A stretch of DNA of 64,000 nt from Candidatus Enterousia sp. (GCA_045587125.1 JAZNBN010000006.1:1118-65117), one strand, 5' to 3'. Numbered from the stretch's first letter, positions 9,156 to 19,010 are shown. Made by a program: numbers and translations. The notes: generated from the sequence alone by a model not told the origin.

Positions 9156-9899
9156 TTATGCAACAAAATCCAAAATACACCCGAACAGGACTGCGAAAAA
9201 GAAACATACACTGCCCCCAATAACGAACAAATGCCATATTGCGTGCGAAAACTTCATACGTCGCCATAAATAGAATATAACCCCAATCGTATATGACAGA
9301 CCACCTGCCAAAATAAACCACAAACCACGCACCGGGATATTACGAATCATTGCCGGTAATATAAATAACAACGTCCACCCCATTGCAACATACAATGCAA
9401 CCATCCAACGTGGTTGTTGTTTCGGACTGCGTATTTTCATGTATGAACCAAACAAAACAATTCCCCATAAAATTCCAAACACAATCCAACCAATAAGACC
9501 ACGTAAATTCACCAACAAAAATGGTGTATATGTACCTGCAATCAACGCATAAATTGCAACACTGTCCCAAACTTCAAACAAACATTCACATTTTTTACCA
9601 ATTGTTGCGTGACACATTGTTGAACCAAAATAAAGTGTTATCATTGTAACCCCAAATATGGCACAAGACACAATTGCCCACGCATCACCTTTTAAACCTG
9701 CAAACACAACCAACAATGTCAACGCAGCAACCGCCAATCCAATCCCAATACCATGTGTTAAAATATTTACAACTTCTTCTGCATGTGTTGATGGTTTTTC
9801 CCATCGAAACAATCCAGTTGCCCGCAAAACTTTTAATAATTTTGACGCATGTGAATCTTTTTTAACCGCCTTGATTCTGGCCCTTTTTTCTTTGGTCAT
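9156..9899 (-). CDS. hemolysin III / PAQR-family channel protein
   Basis: 247 aa with 7 predicted TM helices and conserved His motifs (ILTHGIG, FSHAIWHLFVIGGS). Confidence 0.8.
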   Translation of the reverse strand: MTKEKRARIKAVKKDSHASKLLKVLRATGLFRWEKPSTHAEEVVNILTHGIGIGLAVAALTLLVVFAGLKGDAWAIVSCAIFGVTMITLYFGSTMCHATIGKKCECLFEVWDSVAIYALIAGTYTPFLLVNLRGLIGWIVFGILWGIVLFGSYMKIRSPKQQPRWMVALYVAMGWTLLFILPAMIRNIPVRGLWFILAGGLSYTIGVIFYLWRRMKFSHAIWHLFVIGGSVCFFFAVLFGCILDFVA

Positions 9900-11485
9900 T
9901 TTATTGCTCCCTCGATTCGTTTAATTACACGTTCGCCACCCATAACTGTCATTATTGAATACAGGTCTGGGGTATTTGTGCGACCTGATAACGCCACACG
10001 CAAATTCATTGCAACATCACCATTTTTAATACCGCATTTTTCCGCAACCGCAACAATTTTTGCCCACCACGTGTCTTTATCATCTGACGCATTATATGTC
10101 GCCAAGAATTCACGCAACGCATCCTGATTAAATTCATATTCAGTATTTGGCACAAACAATTCGTCCCAGAAAAACGCAACATTTTCCAATGTCTGGGACC
10201 ATGTGATAAAGTCCTTGCGTACACGCTTTGGATTATCACGTTCAATACCCAAAACACCCGTCAGATATTGAGTATCTGCAACCTGCATTTTGTTAACGTC
10301 CGAACCATATTCTTTTGCCCATGCAACGACACGATTTACCAATTCCGGCACCGACAGCGAACCGATAAATTCCTTGGCCCACCATTCCAGTTTATCTGTA
10401 TTAAACAATGCACTGCTGGTTGGGATTTTTTTAATTCGCAATGGATAGTTCCAAATTGTTGTATCAGACTTTTTATTTTTTTCTTCTTCAAAACCAGACG
10501 CCACAATATTGTACAAATAATTAAGTACAGCCTCAATTGGCCAACCTGCTGTTAAATAATGCATTGTGTTTGCTTCTGGGTCTGTACGTTTAGACAATTT
10601 TCTGGAATTTCCAGTTTGTTCATCTAATTTATTAATTGTCGCAACATGAATATATTCTGGGTTTTGCCACCCCATCATACGGAATAATTGCAAATGCAAA
10701 TTCAAAGAAGACAACCATTCTTCACCACGTTGAACCAATGTAGTATGCATAAAATGATCATCACATAAATGTGCAAAATGATATGTTGGCAACCCATCAT
10801 TTGATTTAATCAAAACAATATCTTCTTCGTTTTCAGGGAAAGCCAATCTTCCACGAACTTTATCGTTATAGAAAATCTTGTTATCCTTGTTTCCCATAGA
10901 ATACAAACGAATTGATGGCACCAAACCTTTGTCTAAGTATGCGACAATTTCTTCTTCGGTTAAATCACGATCACGTGCCCATTCGCCATAAATTCCAGTC
11001 GCCCACCCCGCAGATTTTTGACGATTACGAATATCTTCCATTTCTTCTGGTGTTAAAAAGCAAGGATATGCCAAACCACGTTCCAACAATACAGCCACTA
11101 CACTATGATAAATATCTTTACGTTCAGATTGATAATACGGTCCGTATTCACCACCATACGTCGGTCCTTCATCAGGTTGCAAACCAAAAGCATCTGCACA
11201 TTTTAAAATAACATCAACAGCACCCTGCACTTCACGTTTTGTATCTGTATCTTCTATACGCAACATAAAAACACCATCTGATTGTTGTGCTAATTTTTTT
11301 GCAATCATCATTTGATACAAAGTTCCCAAATGCATAAAACCTGTTGGACTGGGGGCAACACGTGTAACCTGTGCCCCTTCTTTTAAATTGCGTGGTGGGA
11401 ATTTTGCCTCTAATTCATCCAATGTATATTTTGGTGCCGCACCCAAAACACGTGCGATTAAATCTTTTGATAAACCATTTCTCAT
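9896..11485 (-). CDS. gltX: glutamate--tRNA ligase
   Basis: 529 aa with a class I HIGH-like motif (APSPTGFMHLGT) and a KMSKS-like motif (KLSKR). It overlaps the downstream gene by 4 nt. Confidence 0.85.
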   Translation of the reverse strand: MRNGLSKDLIARVLGAAPKYTLDELEAKFPPRNLKEGAQVTRVAPSPTGFMHLGTLYQMMIAKKLAQQSDGVFMLRIEDTDTKREVQGAVDVILKCADAFGLQPDEGPTYGGEYGPYYQSERKDIYHSVVAVLLERGLAYPCFLTPEEMEDIRNRQKSAGWATGIYGEWARDRDLTEEEIVAYLDKGLVPSIRLYSMGNKDNKIFYNDKVRGRLAFPENEEDIVLIKSNDGLPTYHFAHLCDDHFMHTTLVQRGEEWLSSLNLHLQLFRMMGWQNPEYIHVATINKLDEQTGNSRKLSKRTDPEANTMHYLTAGWPIEAVLNYLYNIVASGFEEEKNKKSDTTIWNYPLRIKKIPTSSALFNTDKLEWWAKEFIGSLSVPELVNRVVAWAKEYGSDVNKMQVADTQYLTGVLGIERDNPKRVRKDFITWSQTLENVAFFWDELFVPNTEYEFNQDALREFLATYNASDDKDTWWAKIVAVAEKCGIKNGDVAMNLRVALSGRTNTPDLYSIMTVMGGERVIKRIEGAIK

Positions 11486-11531
11486 CTATATATTCCTTGT
11501 GTTTTTAACAATGCAATTCTATACTAAATAT

Positions 11532-12152
11532 ATGGAAAAACAAGAAATAAGAACATTTGGTCGCCGTCATGGCAAAAAATTATCCGCCCGTCAACAAACC
11601 TTGGTTGATGAATTGTTACCTAACCTTGCCCCAGAAACGGGCGATATTCTGGAAATTGGATTTGGTGCCGGCGAACATGTACGCGATTTGGCACGCAATA
11701 ATCCAGACAAAATCATTGTGGGTGCCGAACCATTTATGAACGGCGTGGCCAGTTTAATGTCTGCAATTACCGACGAAAAAACGAATCGGGTTTTGGATGA
11801 ATACAAAAACATCAGAATTTGGCCCGATGACGTTCGTGATTTCTTGCGTAAAAACGAATCGAAATTTTCGCAAATTTGGGTATTACACCCTGACCCATGG
11901 CCAAAGGCACGACATGAAAAACGTAGATTATTATCTGCTGAATTTTTAAATATATTATCCCAACATTTGGCACAAAACGGCGAAATTATTATTGGTACAG
12001 ATCATTGGGAATATTTTGATTGGATTTGCGACCAGGTTAAAAAGACACAATTGAAAGCAACCATTCCAAACATAGAAATCATTCAAACCAGATACCAGAC
12101 AAAAAACAAAGCCGGCACCACCGCACCAAAATATTTGATATTACACAATTAA
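11532..12152 (+). CDS. trmB: tRNA (guanine-N7)-methyltransferase
   Basis: Shows the SAM-binding motif LEIGFGAGEH and the HPDPWPK motif. I place the start at MEKQEIRTFGRRHG (ATG 11532). An alternative ATG is at 11511. The ORF-track start at 11388 overlaps gltX. Confidence 0.85.
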   Translation: MEKQEIRTFGRRHGKKLSARQQTLVDELLPNLAPETGDILEIGFGAGEHVRDLARNNPDKIIVGAEPFMNGVASLMSAITDEKTNRVLDEYKNIRIWPDDVRDFLRKNESKFSQIWVLHPDPWPKARHEKRRLLSAEFLNILSQHLAQNGEIIIGTDHWEYFDWICDQVKKTQLKATIPNIEIIQTRYQTKNKAGTTAPKYLILHN

Positions 12153-12823
12153 TATCCCACAAAGAATTTAAGACGTTTTATCAATTCTGGTTGCATAGAT
12201 TCAACCAAACGCAATGTCTGTTCTATACGAGACATGTTCCCACCCAACATAAAATGCAAATCAAACTGATTATCATCATGCCACATATCCAACAAGGCAT
12301 GTATTTTACCAACAAAATCAGACTTAATCCCTGTATCTTTTGGCAAAACCAACATCAAAGCATTTGCACCTATTTTACGCAAATTTTCAAACACATCATT
12401 CCAATCCAACGGATTTATTTCGGATATATTCAACCCTATAATTAAATCCCTATCAAAAAACAAATCATCTTTGATACAATATGTCATATCGACCAAACCA
12501 TGTAACGCAGCCATTGGTAAAAACACCTGGGCACCATGTGCACCATACTTAAAACTTTCCTTTATCACTTGCGTTATATCAGAAACATGTTTTTCAGAAA
12601 CTTTTTTATCATCGATATAAACCCTGCTTATAATTTTAACATCAAAAGGTTCCAACCATGGCCAAATTGTAGCAACCGCAGACGGCACAACAGACACCAT
12701 AGACACACCATTAGAAACAACATTATCTGCGAACTTGGCCAAATCTGCGCCCTCACACGATACAGGGCACCACAAAGCAGACCCGTGTTTATATTCATCA
12801 AAAAAATTTTCTACATCAATCAT
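12149..12823 (-). CDS. hypothetical protein (224 aa)
   Basis: Long ORF with the start chosen at MIDVENFFDEYKHG (12821-12823), so that it diverges from the 12867 operon. No motif recognised. Its stop overlaps the trmB stop (TTAA). Confidence 0.5.
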   Translation of the reverse strand: MIDVENFFDEYKHGSALWCPVSCEGADLAKFADNVVSNGVSMVSVVPSAVATIWPWLEPFDVKIISRVYIDDKKVSEKHVSDITQVIKESFKYGAHGAQVFLPMAALHGLVDMTYCIKDDLFFDRDLIIGLNISEINPLDWNDVFENLRKIGANALMLVLPKDTGIKSDFVGKIHALLDMWHDDNQFDLHFMLGGNMSRIEQTLRLVESMQPELIKRLKFFVGY

Positions 12824-12866
12824 TCTACTTTTTACTTTATCATAAATATGATAAAATAGAAACACA

Positions 12867-13775
12867 ATGAACAGGAAATTTGATAATATTTTACTTGGCA
12901 TGTTATGGTTAATTGCATCCACACTTGGTGTATGTTTTTGGTTTAACACCAAATTCGGGTTTGATATATTTTCACGTTCACATTGGCAACATTTGGCGTA
13001 TATGCAGGCATCTCAACAACCAATACAAACATCATTTTATATTTCTTTAATCGTATCTGTATTCATTATGATTATTGTTTTGCACAATTTAATACGCCCC
13101 AGATTTAGAAAAATAAAATTCAAACAAAATCAACCGCAATCATCAATGATTTACGTACAAAAAACCAGTGAAACAACAAATCAACAACCACAACAACAAA
13201 TGGCTGTGAACAAGCCTGCACAAATTCAGCCGTCATCTGGTCCAATGACACGACCGCCGCGATTAAACATTCCACAAAACACCATGCGGCCACCACAAAA
13301 TACAGTACATATTGTTGCACCACCTATGCAACCCGCACGGCAACAAAATCCCCAATCAATGCAACCCATCATTAACGATTTAAAGAAAATATTTACATCT
13401 ACGGGATATACTGTTACCAAGAACCCAACCGCACCAAACACCCCTATTTCTTTGGTTGCGATTGGTTCTGGTGAAAAATTATGGATTGGTGGCGTTGGTA
13501 TATCTGTACAACAAATGCAAAATGTAATTGGAAAACTAGAACAAATATTTTCAGACACCTTGGACGAAATTATAATTGATATAAATGGATTTATTGTTTC
13601 ACCGAATCGGTCTGACAATACACCTGCTGGAAACATACTGACGTTCAATACTGTCCAAGAACTATATCAATATATGTCCGCACATAAAAACCCAACCACA
13701 GACACCGACCCAGAATCAATACGTGCATTTGAAACATATATAAACACCGTTATGGATTACATAGGAAAGATATAA
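12867..13775 (+). CDS. hypothetical membrane protein with a Gln/Pro-rich linker
   Basis: 302 aa with two N-terminal TM helices, a Q/P-rich low-complexity segment and a globular C-terminal part of about 120 aa. Its stop overlaps the next ATG (TAATG). Confidence 0.55.
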   Translation: MNRKFDNILLGMLWLIASTLGVCFWFNTKFGFDIFSRSHWQHLAYMQASQQPIQTSFYISLIVSVFIMIIVLHNLIRPRFRKIKFKQNQPQSSMIYVQKTSETTNQQPQQQMAVNKPAQIQPSSGPMTRPPRLNIPQNTMRPPQNTVHIVAPPMQPARQQNPQSMQPIINDLKKIFTSTGYTVTKNPTAPNTPISLVAIGSGEKLWIGGVGISVQQMQNVIGKLEQIFSDTLDEIIIDINGFIVSPNRSDNTPAGNILTFNTVQELYQYMSAHKNPTTDTDPESIRAFETYINTVMDYIGKI

Positions 13776-14281
13776 TGCAATTAACCGCTGCGAATGCAGA
13801 AAAATTAATATCTTCTTTGGGCATGTCAGATTTGCCATTGGTTGAACACAAACCCGTTTTAACCCGTGTTTCATCAGATTGGTTTGCGAAATATAAAAAC
13901 CTGTGCAAAGAATTTATAATGTCGCTAAGTGATTCTATTGAAACATTGGCATTTATGAACTTAAGCCAAGACGAATTTGTAAATTTAATTATGGGACGTT
14001 CTATTCCAGAAAACCTTTCCATCAGATTCAGGATGCCTTTGACATGGGGTGGCAAACTGGAAATCAGTAATTTATTCATGTGCAAAACATTTCCACATTC
14101 ATATAACATGGACAGATTCATAATCCAACAAAGTAACAGTGATATTATATGGTTGCCAAATCCGGCACAAAAAATTTATTTACCTGTCAATATGTTGGGT
14201 GGTGGTGATGGTGGAAATGCAACCGAAGACCGATTAACAGAAAATGCAGCCGCACAAATCGTTGCGGACCGTGACTTTTAA
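13775..14281 (+). CDS. hypothetical protein with a degenerate HNH (beta-beta-alpha-Me)-like motif
   Basis: 168 aa. RFRMPLTWGGKLEISNLFMCKTFPHSYN matches the HNH spacing H-x2-P-x3-GG-x5-NL-x2-C-x4-H, but the first His position is not His. Confidence 0.45.
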   Translation: MQLTAANAEKLISSLGMSDLPLVEHKPVLTRVSSDWFAKYKNLCKEFIMSLSDSIETLAFMNLSQDEFVNLIMGRSIPENLSIRFRMPLTWGGKLEISNLFMCKTFPHSYNMDRFIIQQSNSDIIWLPNPAQKIYLPVNMLGGGDGGNATEDRLTENAAAQIVADRDF

Positions 14282-14292
14282 AAGGGGAAAAT

Positions 14293-14727
14293 ATGAATTG
14301 CACAGAATTTTTATCTTTAATCAAAAGTCGCAATGTGAAAATCACCCCACCTGCACGCCAAAATCAAATTAACCTACTTAACGCCGCCCTGCAACAAAGA
14401 CGTTATGCGATATTACCCAAACCAATACTGGATTTATATAACGCAGTTGGTTCTTTAAATCTTGGCAACGGATACATATTTGGGCCAAATGAAATTGACA
14501 GAATAAACCAATACCCTATTCCCAGTATATTAAAGGTAAATGATGACATATCCAGATACGGAAAAACGGTCGGCAAAACAGTATTCGGACGTAATGATTT
14601 ATTTTGGTTTGCATTTGACGCATTTGGGAATTTTTATATGTTGGACAATCTGACTTTAACCCCATTACGTAAATACGATGATGCATATAAATGTATGTTT
14701 GATTGTTTAATCGCGGGGAAATTTTAA
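14293..14727 (+). CDS. SUKH/SMI1-KNR4-like protein (candidate immunity-type protein)
   Basis: 144 aa. It has LP-x5-LY-x8-GNGYIFG followed later by VFGRNDLFWFAFDAFGNFYMLD, which is the pattern I associate with SUKH-1 domains. A GGGGA RBS is present. Confidence 0.45.
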   Translation: MNCTEFLSLIKSRNVKITPPARQNQINLLNAALQQRRYAILPKPILDLYNAVGSLNLGNGYIFGPNEIDRINQYPIPSILKVNDDISRYGKTVGKTVFGRNDLFWFAFDAFGNFYMLDNLTLTPLRKYDDAYKCMFDCLIAGKF

Positions 14728-14729
14728 TA

Positions 14730-14936
14730 ATGAAAAAAATATCTGTATCTTTATCAGGACACCAAACCAGTATTACACTGGAACCAGAATTTATTGATAT
14801 TTTACGTAAAATATCGATTAAAAAAAATCAATCCATTGCATCGATTATCAGCGATATTGACACTAAACGCAAACCAAACACAAACCTGTCTTCCGCTGTT
14901 CGTGTTTGGGTATTAAATCAAATTTTATCAAAATAA
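14730..14936 (+). CDS. ribbon-helix-helix protein (RHH_4-type)
   Basis: MKKISVSLSGHQTSITLEPEFIDILRKIS...SIASIISDID...NLSSAVRVWVL matches the alphaproteobacterial RHH_4 pattern (GH.TS..LE..FW....NLSSA.R). The start is the ATG at 14730, right after the upstream stop. Confidence 0.7.
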   Translation: MKKISVSLSGHQTSITLEPEFIDILRKISIKKNQSIASIISDIDTKRKPNTNLSSAVRVWVLNQILSK

Positions 14937-14937
14937 A

Positions 14938-16944
14938 TTATTTTCTTTTCTTACCAGATAAACACATAACAATTATTGTAAGCAACAAAATAATCATCAT
15001 TGTTTTGTTCAAACCAATTGTTTTGTAAATTGTATCATGGGCACCCCATACATATCCGTCTAAAACCCCTGTTTCACCGACGGGCAAACTGGATATAACC
15101 ACGCCATCAGATGCGACAAATGCACTTATCCCAGAATAATTAGCCCGTACCACCGGCAACCCAGATTCAATTGCATATCTACGTACCATATCTAAATGCT
15201 GATATGTTCCAGGCGTATTACCGAACCAGTTATCATTTGTAATATTGATAATCGCATCTATTGGATATCGTCCATATGGTATCAAAGAATCTGAAAAAAT
15301 AATTTCATAACATATCGCAGGAACAAACACAAAGTTATTAACACTTATAATTTCAGGTCCATCGCCCTGTGCCATATCTACGGGTGCGGGCAAAAAACCC
15401 AAAGGTTTATATTCACCAAACGGTACCAAATGTGATTTATTATAAATTTTCGTTATATCACCATATTTATCAGTTATAACCATTGAATTATACACACCAC
15501 CCGGACCAAAGGTATTTGTTCCCATAATAACAGGCTTTGACAATTGTTTTGCAAAATCAATAACATCATCTGGCAATACAACAAATGGGTATGTTGTTTC
15601 TGGCAAAACAACAATATCAACATCACCTTCAACACTGGCTAAATCAAACAACTGTCTTAAATTATATTCTGCTGTTTTCAATGCATCTGCCCTGTTATGA
15701 GTCGCCTTTTGCTTTTGTGATTTTCCAGGCTGAATAATTCTTAACATTACTTTTTCATTATCTGCGCCAAAATCTGATATATTCATATTTTTATATCCGA
15801 ACACGCAACCAACAACAATCAAAATACTAAACAATATAAAACTAGATTTTGTTTTATTTAATAACAATTCAATAAAACTTGCGCAAAAACCAACAATTAC
15901 AAAACTAAGCCCCAACGCACCCCACAACGACATAGAATTTGCAATCATCGGAACATTTATCATAATATTTGCGATTGGATTCCATGGAAACCCAGTGAAC
16001 ATCCATTCACGTGCCCATAAAACCAACACCCATACACATGCGAATAATATAGGTCGCACATTTTTATTACACTTATACTTTTTTATAGCAATAAACGGCC
16101 ATGAAAAAATAGCCACACCCGCCACCAACAACCCTATTACACCGGGCAGTGTCCATATTGCATATTGTGAAGTTAATTCTGGAATTACATAAATAGAATG
16201 CAAAGTCCACCAAAACATCGTCAAACAATACACTGCACCAAACGGAGAAACACGTAACAACGTACGCCAAAAACCAGAATCATCTGCATTACGAATCGTC
16301 AACCAATACGCACCTGCAACCCCAATTAATGTACACCACCATTGATAAAAAGGTGCAAACCCAAAAGACGCAATTCCACCAAACACTGCGTATAGAACAT
16401 ATTGTAAAAAACTATTTTCTTTTATTTTATTTTTTTTTATCCATGAAATTATTTTACCACCCGGACAACAAGAACCGTCCACACACGACAAAACATTATC
16501 AGATGCATATGGGTTTTTTATACCCATTTTTGCCAATATTTTTGTTTCTTTGTTTTCCATAATTATCGCGTCTTTATCTTTGATATGATCATACCCCATC
16601 AGATGTAAAACACCATGCACAACCATATGTGCACAATGATCCTCAAAAGATATATTTTCCAAAATTGCTTCTTTTTTCACTGTATCAAAAGAAATATAAA
16701 TATCCCCCAACAACACATCATCACCTAATTCAAAAGACAACACATTTGTTGGTTTATCAATATTTCTATAATCCCGATTGATTTGTTGTATTTCCTTGTC
16801 ATCTGTCAAAATTATTGACACTTCGGCCTGTTGATACTTTTTACCACCGACTGCATCTACAATTTTTTGGAAATCTATTTTATATTTTTTCCACTTATGA
16901 TTATTATAGTTCAAATATACTTGCATCTTTTCCACCATATACAC
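14938..16944 (-). CDS. ybeY/lnt: fused endoribonuclease YbeY / apolipoprotein N-acyltransferase Lnt
   Basis: Single 668-aa ORF. Residues ~7-150 carry the YbeY zinc motif HGVLHLMGYDH. From ~185 onward it has Lnt-type TM helices (FGGIASFGFAPF) and a C-terminal CN-hydrolase domain (VVLPE, ICYE). There is no stop between the two parts. The start is GTG at 16944 or a nearby ATG. Confidence 0.8.
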   Translation of the reverse strand: MYMVEKMQVYLNYNNHKWKKYKIDFQKIVDAVGGKKYQQAEVSIILTDDKEIQQINRDYRNIDKPTNVLSFELGDDVLLGDIYISFDTVKKEAILENISFEDHCAHMVVHGVLHLMGYDHIKDKDAIIMENKETKILAKMGIKNPYASDNVLSCVDGSCCPGGKIISWIKKNKIKENSFLQYVLYAVFGGIASFGFAPFYQWWCTLIGVAGAYWLTIRNADDSGFWRTLLRVSPFGAVYCLTMFWWTLHSIYVIPELTSQYAIWTLPGVIGLLVAGVAIFSWPFIAIKKYKCNKNVRPILFACVWVLVLWAREWMFTGFPWNPIANIMINVPMIANSMSLWGALGLSFVIVGFCASFIELLLNKTKSSFILFSILIVVGCVFGYKNMNISDFGADNEKVMLRIIQPGKSQKQKATHNRADALKTAEYNLRQLFDLASVEGDVDIVVLPETTYPFVVLPDDVIDFAKQLSKPVIMGTNTFGPGGVYNSMVITDKYGDITKIYNKSHLVPFGEYKPLGFLPAPVDMAQGDGPEIISVNNFVFVPAICYEIIFSDSLIPYGRYPIDAIINITNDNWFGNTPGTYQHLDMVRRYAIESGLPVVRANYSGISAFVASDGVVISSLPVGETGVLDGYVWGAHDTIYKTIGLNKTMMIILLLTIIVMCLSGKKRK

Positions 16945-19008
16945 TTATGACACGTTATTATTTTCTTTCATAGATTGCTGTATACGCATAAAATCTGCTG
17001 TTTTTGATTGTTGCAACACACGTCCAGCCGCATCATTATACGCTATTTTTTTACCTTTTTGTTTTCCTTGTTTTTTTTCTATAACACGGGTAACATCTGC
17101 CTGAACACGTCGATTACCATTTGCCACAGCCAATTTATAATTTGCTAATGCCCTGTCATAGTCACCTTGCATTTCATATGCAAATCCCGCATTATATTGT
17201 GCGGCACCATATTGAGATTTATCACCAATACGTTGAACCACTTCGCGTGCCTGGGCAATCGCATCATCATATCGCCCAAGTTTATTGTATGTCGCCGCCA
17301 GGTCATTACGCAACAAAGCATTATCAGGATATTCTGCGATTAAATTTTCAAACTGGGTTGCAGCCATTTCAAATTCCTGTTTTTGATACGCATCCAAAGC
17401 CATCGCATATTGTTCTTCATACCCAATAACATACGTTTCACGTTCAATACTTTTCTGACGTTCAGTTTTTGTATAACTCTTGATACTTTTTTTCAGATTC
17501 ACATTTTTTTCACATTGTGCGACCATTTCTGCCGGCATCACATCGCGAACTTTTGGTTTACCCTTTAACGACACTCCACCTGTTTTATCCACAGGATCTT
17601 TTATCCATTTTTTGAACTTTGCCACAGTTTCTCTATTAACTTTTCTTTGTTCTTTTGTTGTTCCCTCATCGGTAACAACAAACCAATTTTTTCTTTCTCG
17701 TCCAACCAAATCAAAAAATTCAGACATATAATTTACAGGCACATCCAACAATTCCTGGACTGAAATATCACCATTCATAACACATGCTTCTAACCAACGA
17801 CGCCATCTGATACCATCACCATCTTTCTTAACATTTATATACCAACCTATTCCATTTGCCATTTCTGGAATACCGCCGTCATCTAACCAATATTGTCCGA
17901 CATGTCCCTTTGATTCAACTGGATACTTTTCGAACACTGCTTTTACTTGTTCTTCTGTTAATGCATCACCATACTTTTCATGCAACTTTCTGATTTCAGC
18001 CCATCGATTTCCCATTGCGACACTTTCTTTTTCTACGACCAATGTTCCACCATTATAAATCATTGATGCAATAGACATCGCCTGTTGTACGGTATTAAGT
18101 TGAGCCTTGGTCGCAACATCATATCCAAACATAAACAAGAAAGTTTCTTTGTCTTCCAAATGCCATCTGGTCCATTCAAATGCTTCTTCTGATGTAATTG
18201 GTGGCGAATAACTATTCAACGCCCTACCGTCTTTTCCGACGGTATTCCCATATCCTTGGGTGGCTTTTCCCCTTGGTTTTGCACCTGGTTTTAAAGGTTT
18301 CATAGTGGCATCATCATAAACAACATGCATACCATTTTCTGTAACGGCACCTTCCATCGCAACCAGTTCTGCCACAATCATAGGCACCACCTGTTGCATA
18401 CGTGCTTTATATTCACCATATGTTCCAGGTTCCACATCAATTTTTTCATCTTCATCATTAATAGAATTAAAAATGTCTCGCACCCAAACCTGAAATCTTT
18501 GCCATGCTTTATATTCTTTTTTATTTTTTTCGTCTTCTTTGTTATCTTCTTTGTTAAAACCATTAACAGCTAATTGGGTACCAGCAGTGGTCATAGTCCC
18601 AACCATCATGTAATACAATAAATAATTTTTTATCCATGGATGTTTCTTTCCAAACTTAGTCAATGCATTATTTTTTGTTACATTTTCCATACTTCTAATC
18701 ACAACGTTATCAACAAAAATCGCATTTAATCCACGTGATAAATATTCTAACAACCACAACCCACCAACACCCGATATTTTACCTGTTTGCTGTGCGACTT
18801 CTTTTGCCCAACGTTTTAACTTGTCCTGATTGATTTGCAAAACAGATTCGCCACTATCATTTTTTACACGTACAAAAACATCGGATAAATGTGCTGTATC
18901 CGGCACATTCCAACCTGCGACTTTTTTTCTTGCCCCCTTTACTTTGTCTGCGATTTTTCTGACCCCATCGCCAAATTTTTGTGAGTTAGTTTTTGTATTA
19001 CGTTTCAT
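16945..19008 (-). CDS. large protein with a GH24 (phage-type) lysozyme-like domain and C-terminal TPR repeats
   Basis: 687 aa. MEGAVTENGMHVVYDD...TQGYGNT...PPITSEEAFEWTRWHL...QQAMSIASMIYNGG follows the GH24 motif order E...Y.D..G..T.GYG...it.eeA...ALvSf.fN.G. The C-terminus has at least 3 TPR-like repeats. Its stop abuts the start of ybeY-lnt. Confidence 0.6.
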   Translation of the reverse strand: MKRNTKTNSQKFGDGVRKIADKVKGARKKVAGWNVPDTAHLSDVFVRVKNDSGESVLQINQDKLKRWAKEVAQQTGKISGVGGLWLLEYLSRGLNAIFVDNVVIRSMENVTKNNALTKFGKKHPWIKNYLLYYMMVGTMTTAGTQLAVNGFNKEDNKEDEKNKKEYKAWQRFQVWVRDIFNSINDEDEKIDVEPGTYGEYKARMQQVVPMIVAELVAMEGAVTENGMHVVYDDATMKPLKPGAKPRGKATQGYGNTVGKDGRALNSYSPPITSEEAFEWTRWHLEDKETFLFMFGYDVATKAQLNTVQQAMSIASMIYNGGTLVVEKESVAMGNRWAEIRKLHEKYGDALTEEQVKAVFEKYPVESKGHVGQYWLDDGGIPEMANGIGWYINVKKDGDGIRWRRWLEACVMNGDISVQELLDVPVNYMSEFFDLVGRERKNWFVVTDEGTTKEQRKVNRETVAKFKKWIKDPVDKTGGVSLKGKPKVRDVMPAEMVAQCEKNVNLKKSIKSYTKTERQKSIERETYVIGYEEQYAMALDAYQKQEFEMAATQFENLIAEYPDNALLRNDLAATYNKLGRYDDAIAQAREVVQRIGDKSQYGAAQYNAGFAYEMQGDYDRALANYKLAVANGNRRVQADVTRVIEKKQGKQKGKKIAYNDAAGRVLQQSKTADFMRIQQSMKENNNVS

Positions 19009-19010
19009 TT

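Noticed and set aside
16945-19008. Phage-type lysozyme domain considered as evidence for a prophage (with xerD at 39370-40221 as its integrase).
   Set aside because: No capsid, tail, terminase, holin or repressor genes are anywhere nearby. The lysozyme-like domain is embedded in a 687-aa TPR protein coupled to ybeY-lnt. XerD has the canonical XerD N-terminus and catalytic motifs and lies 20 kb away.
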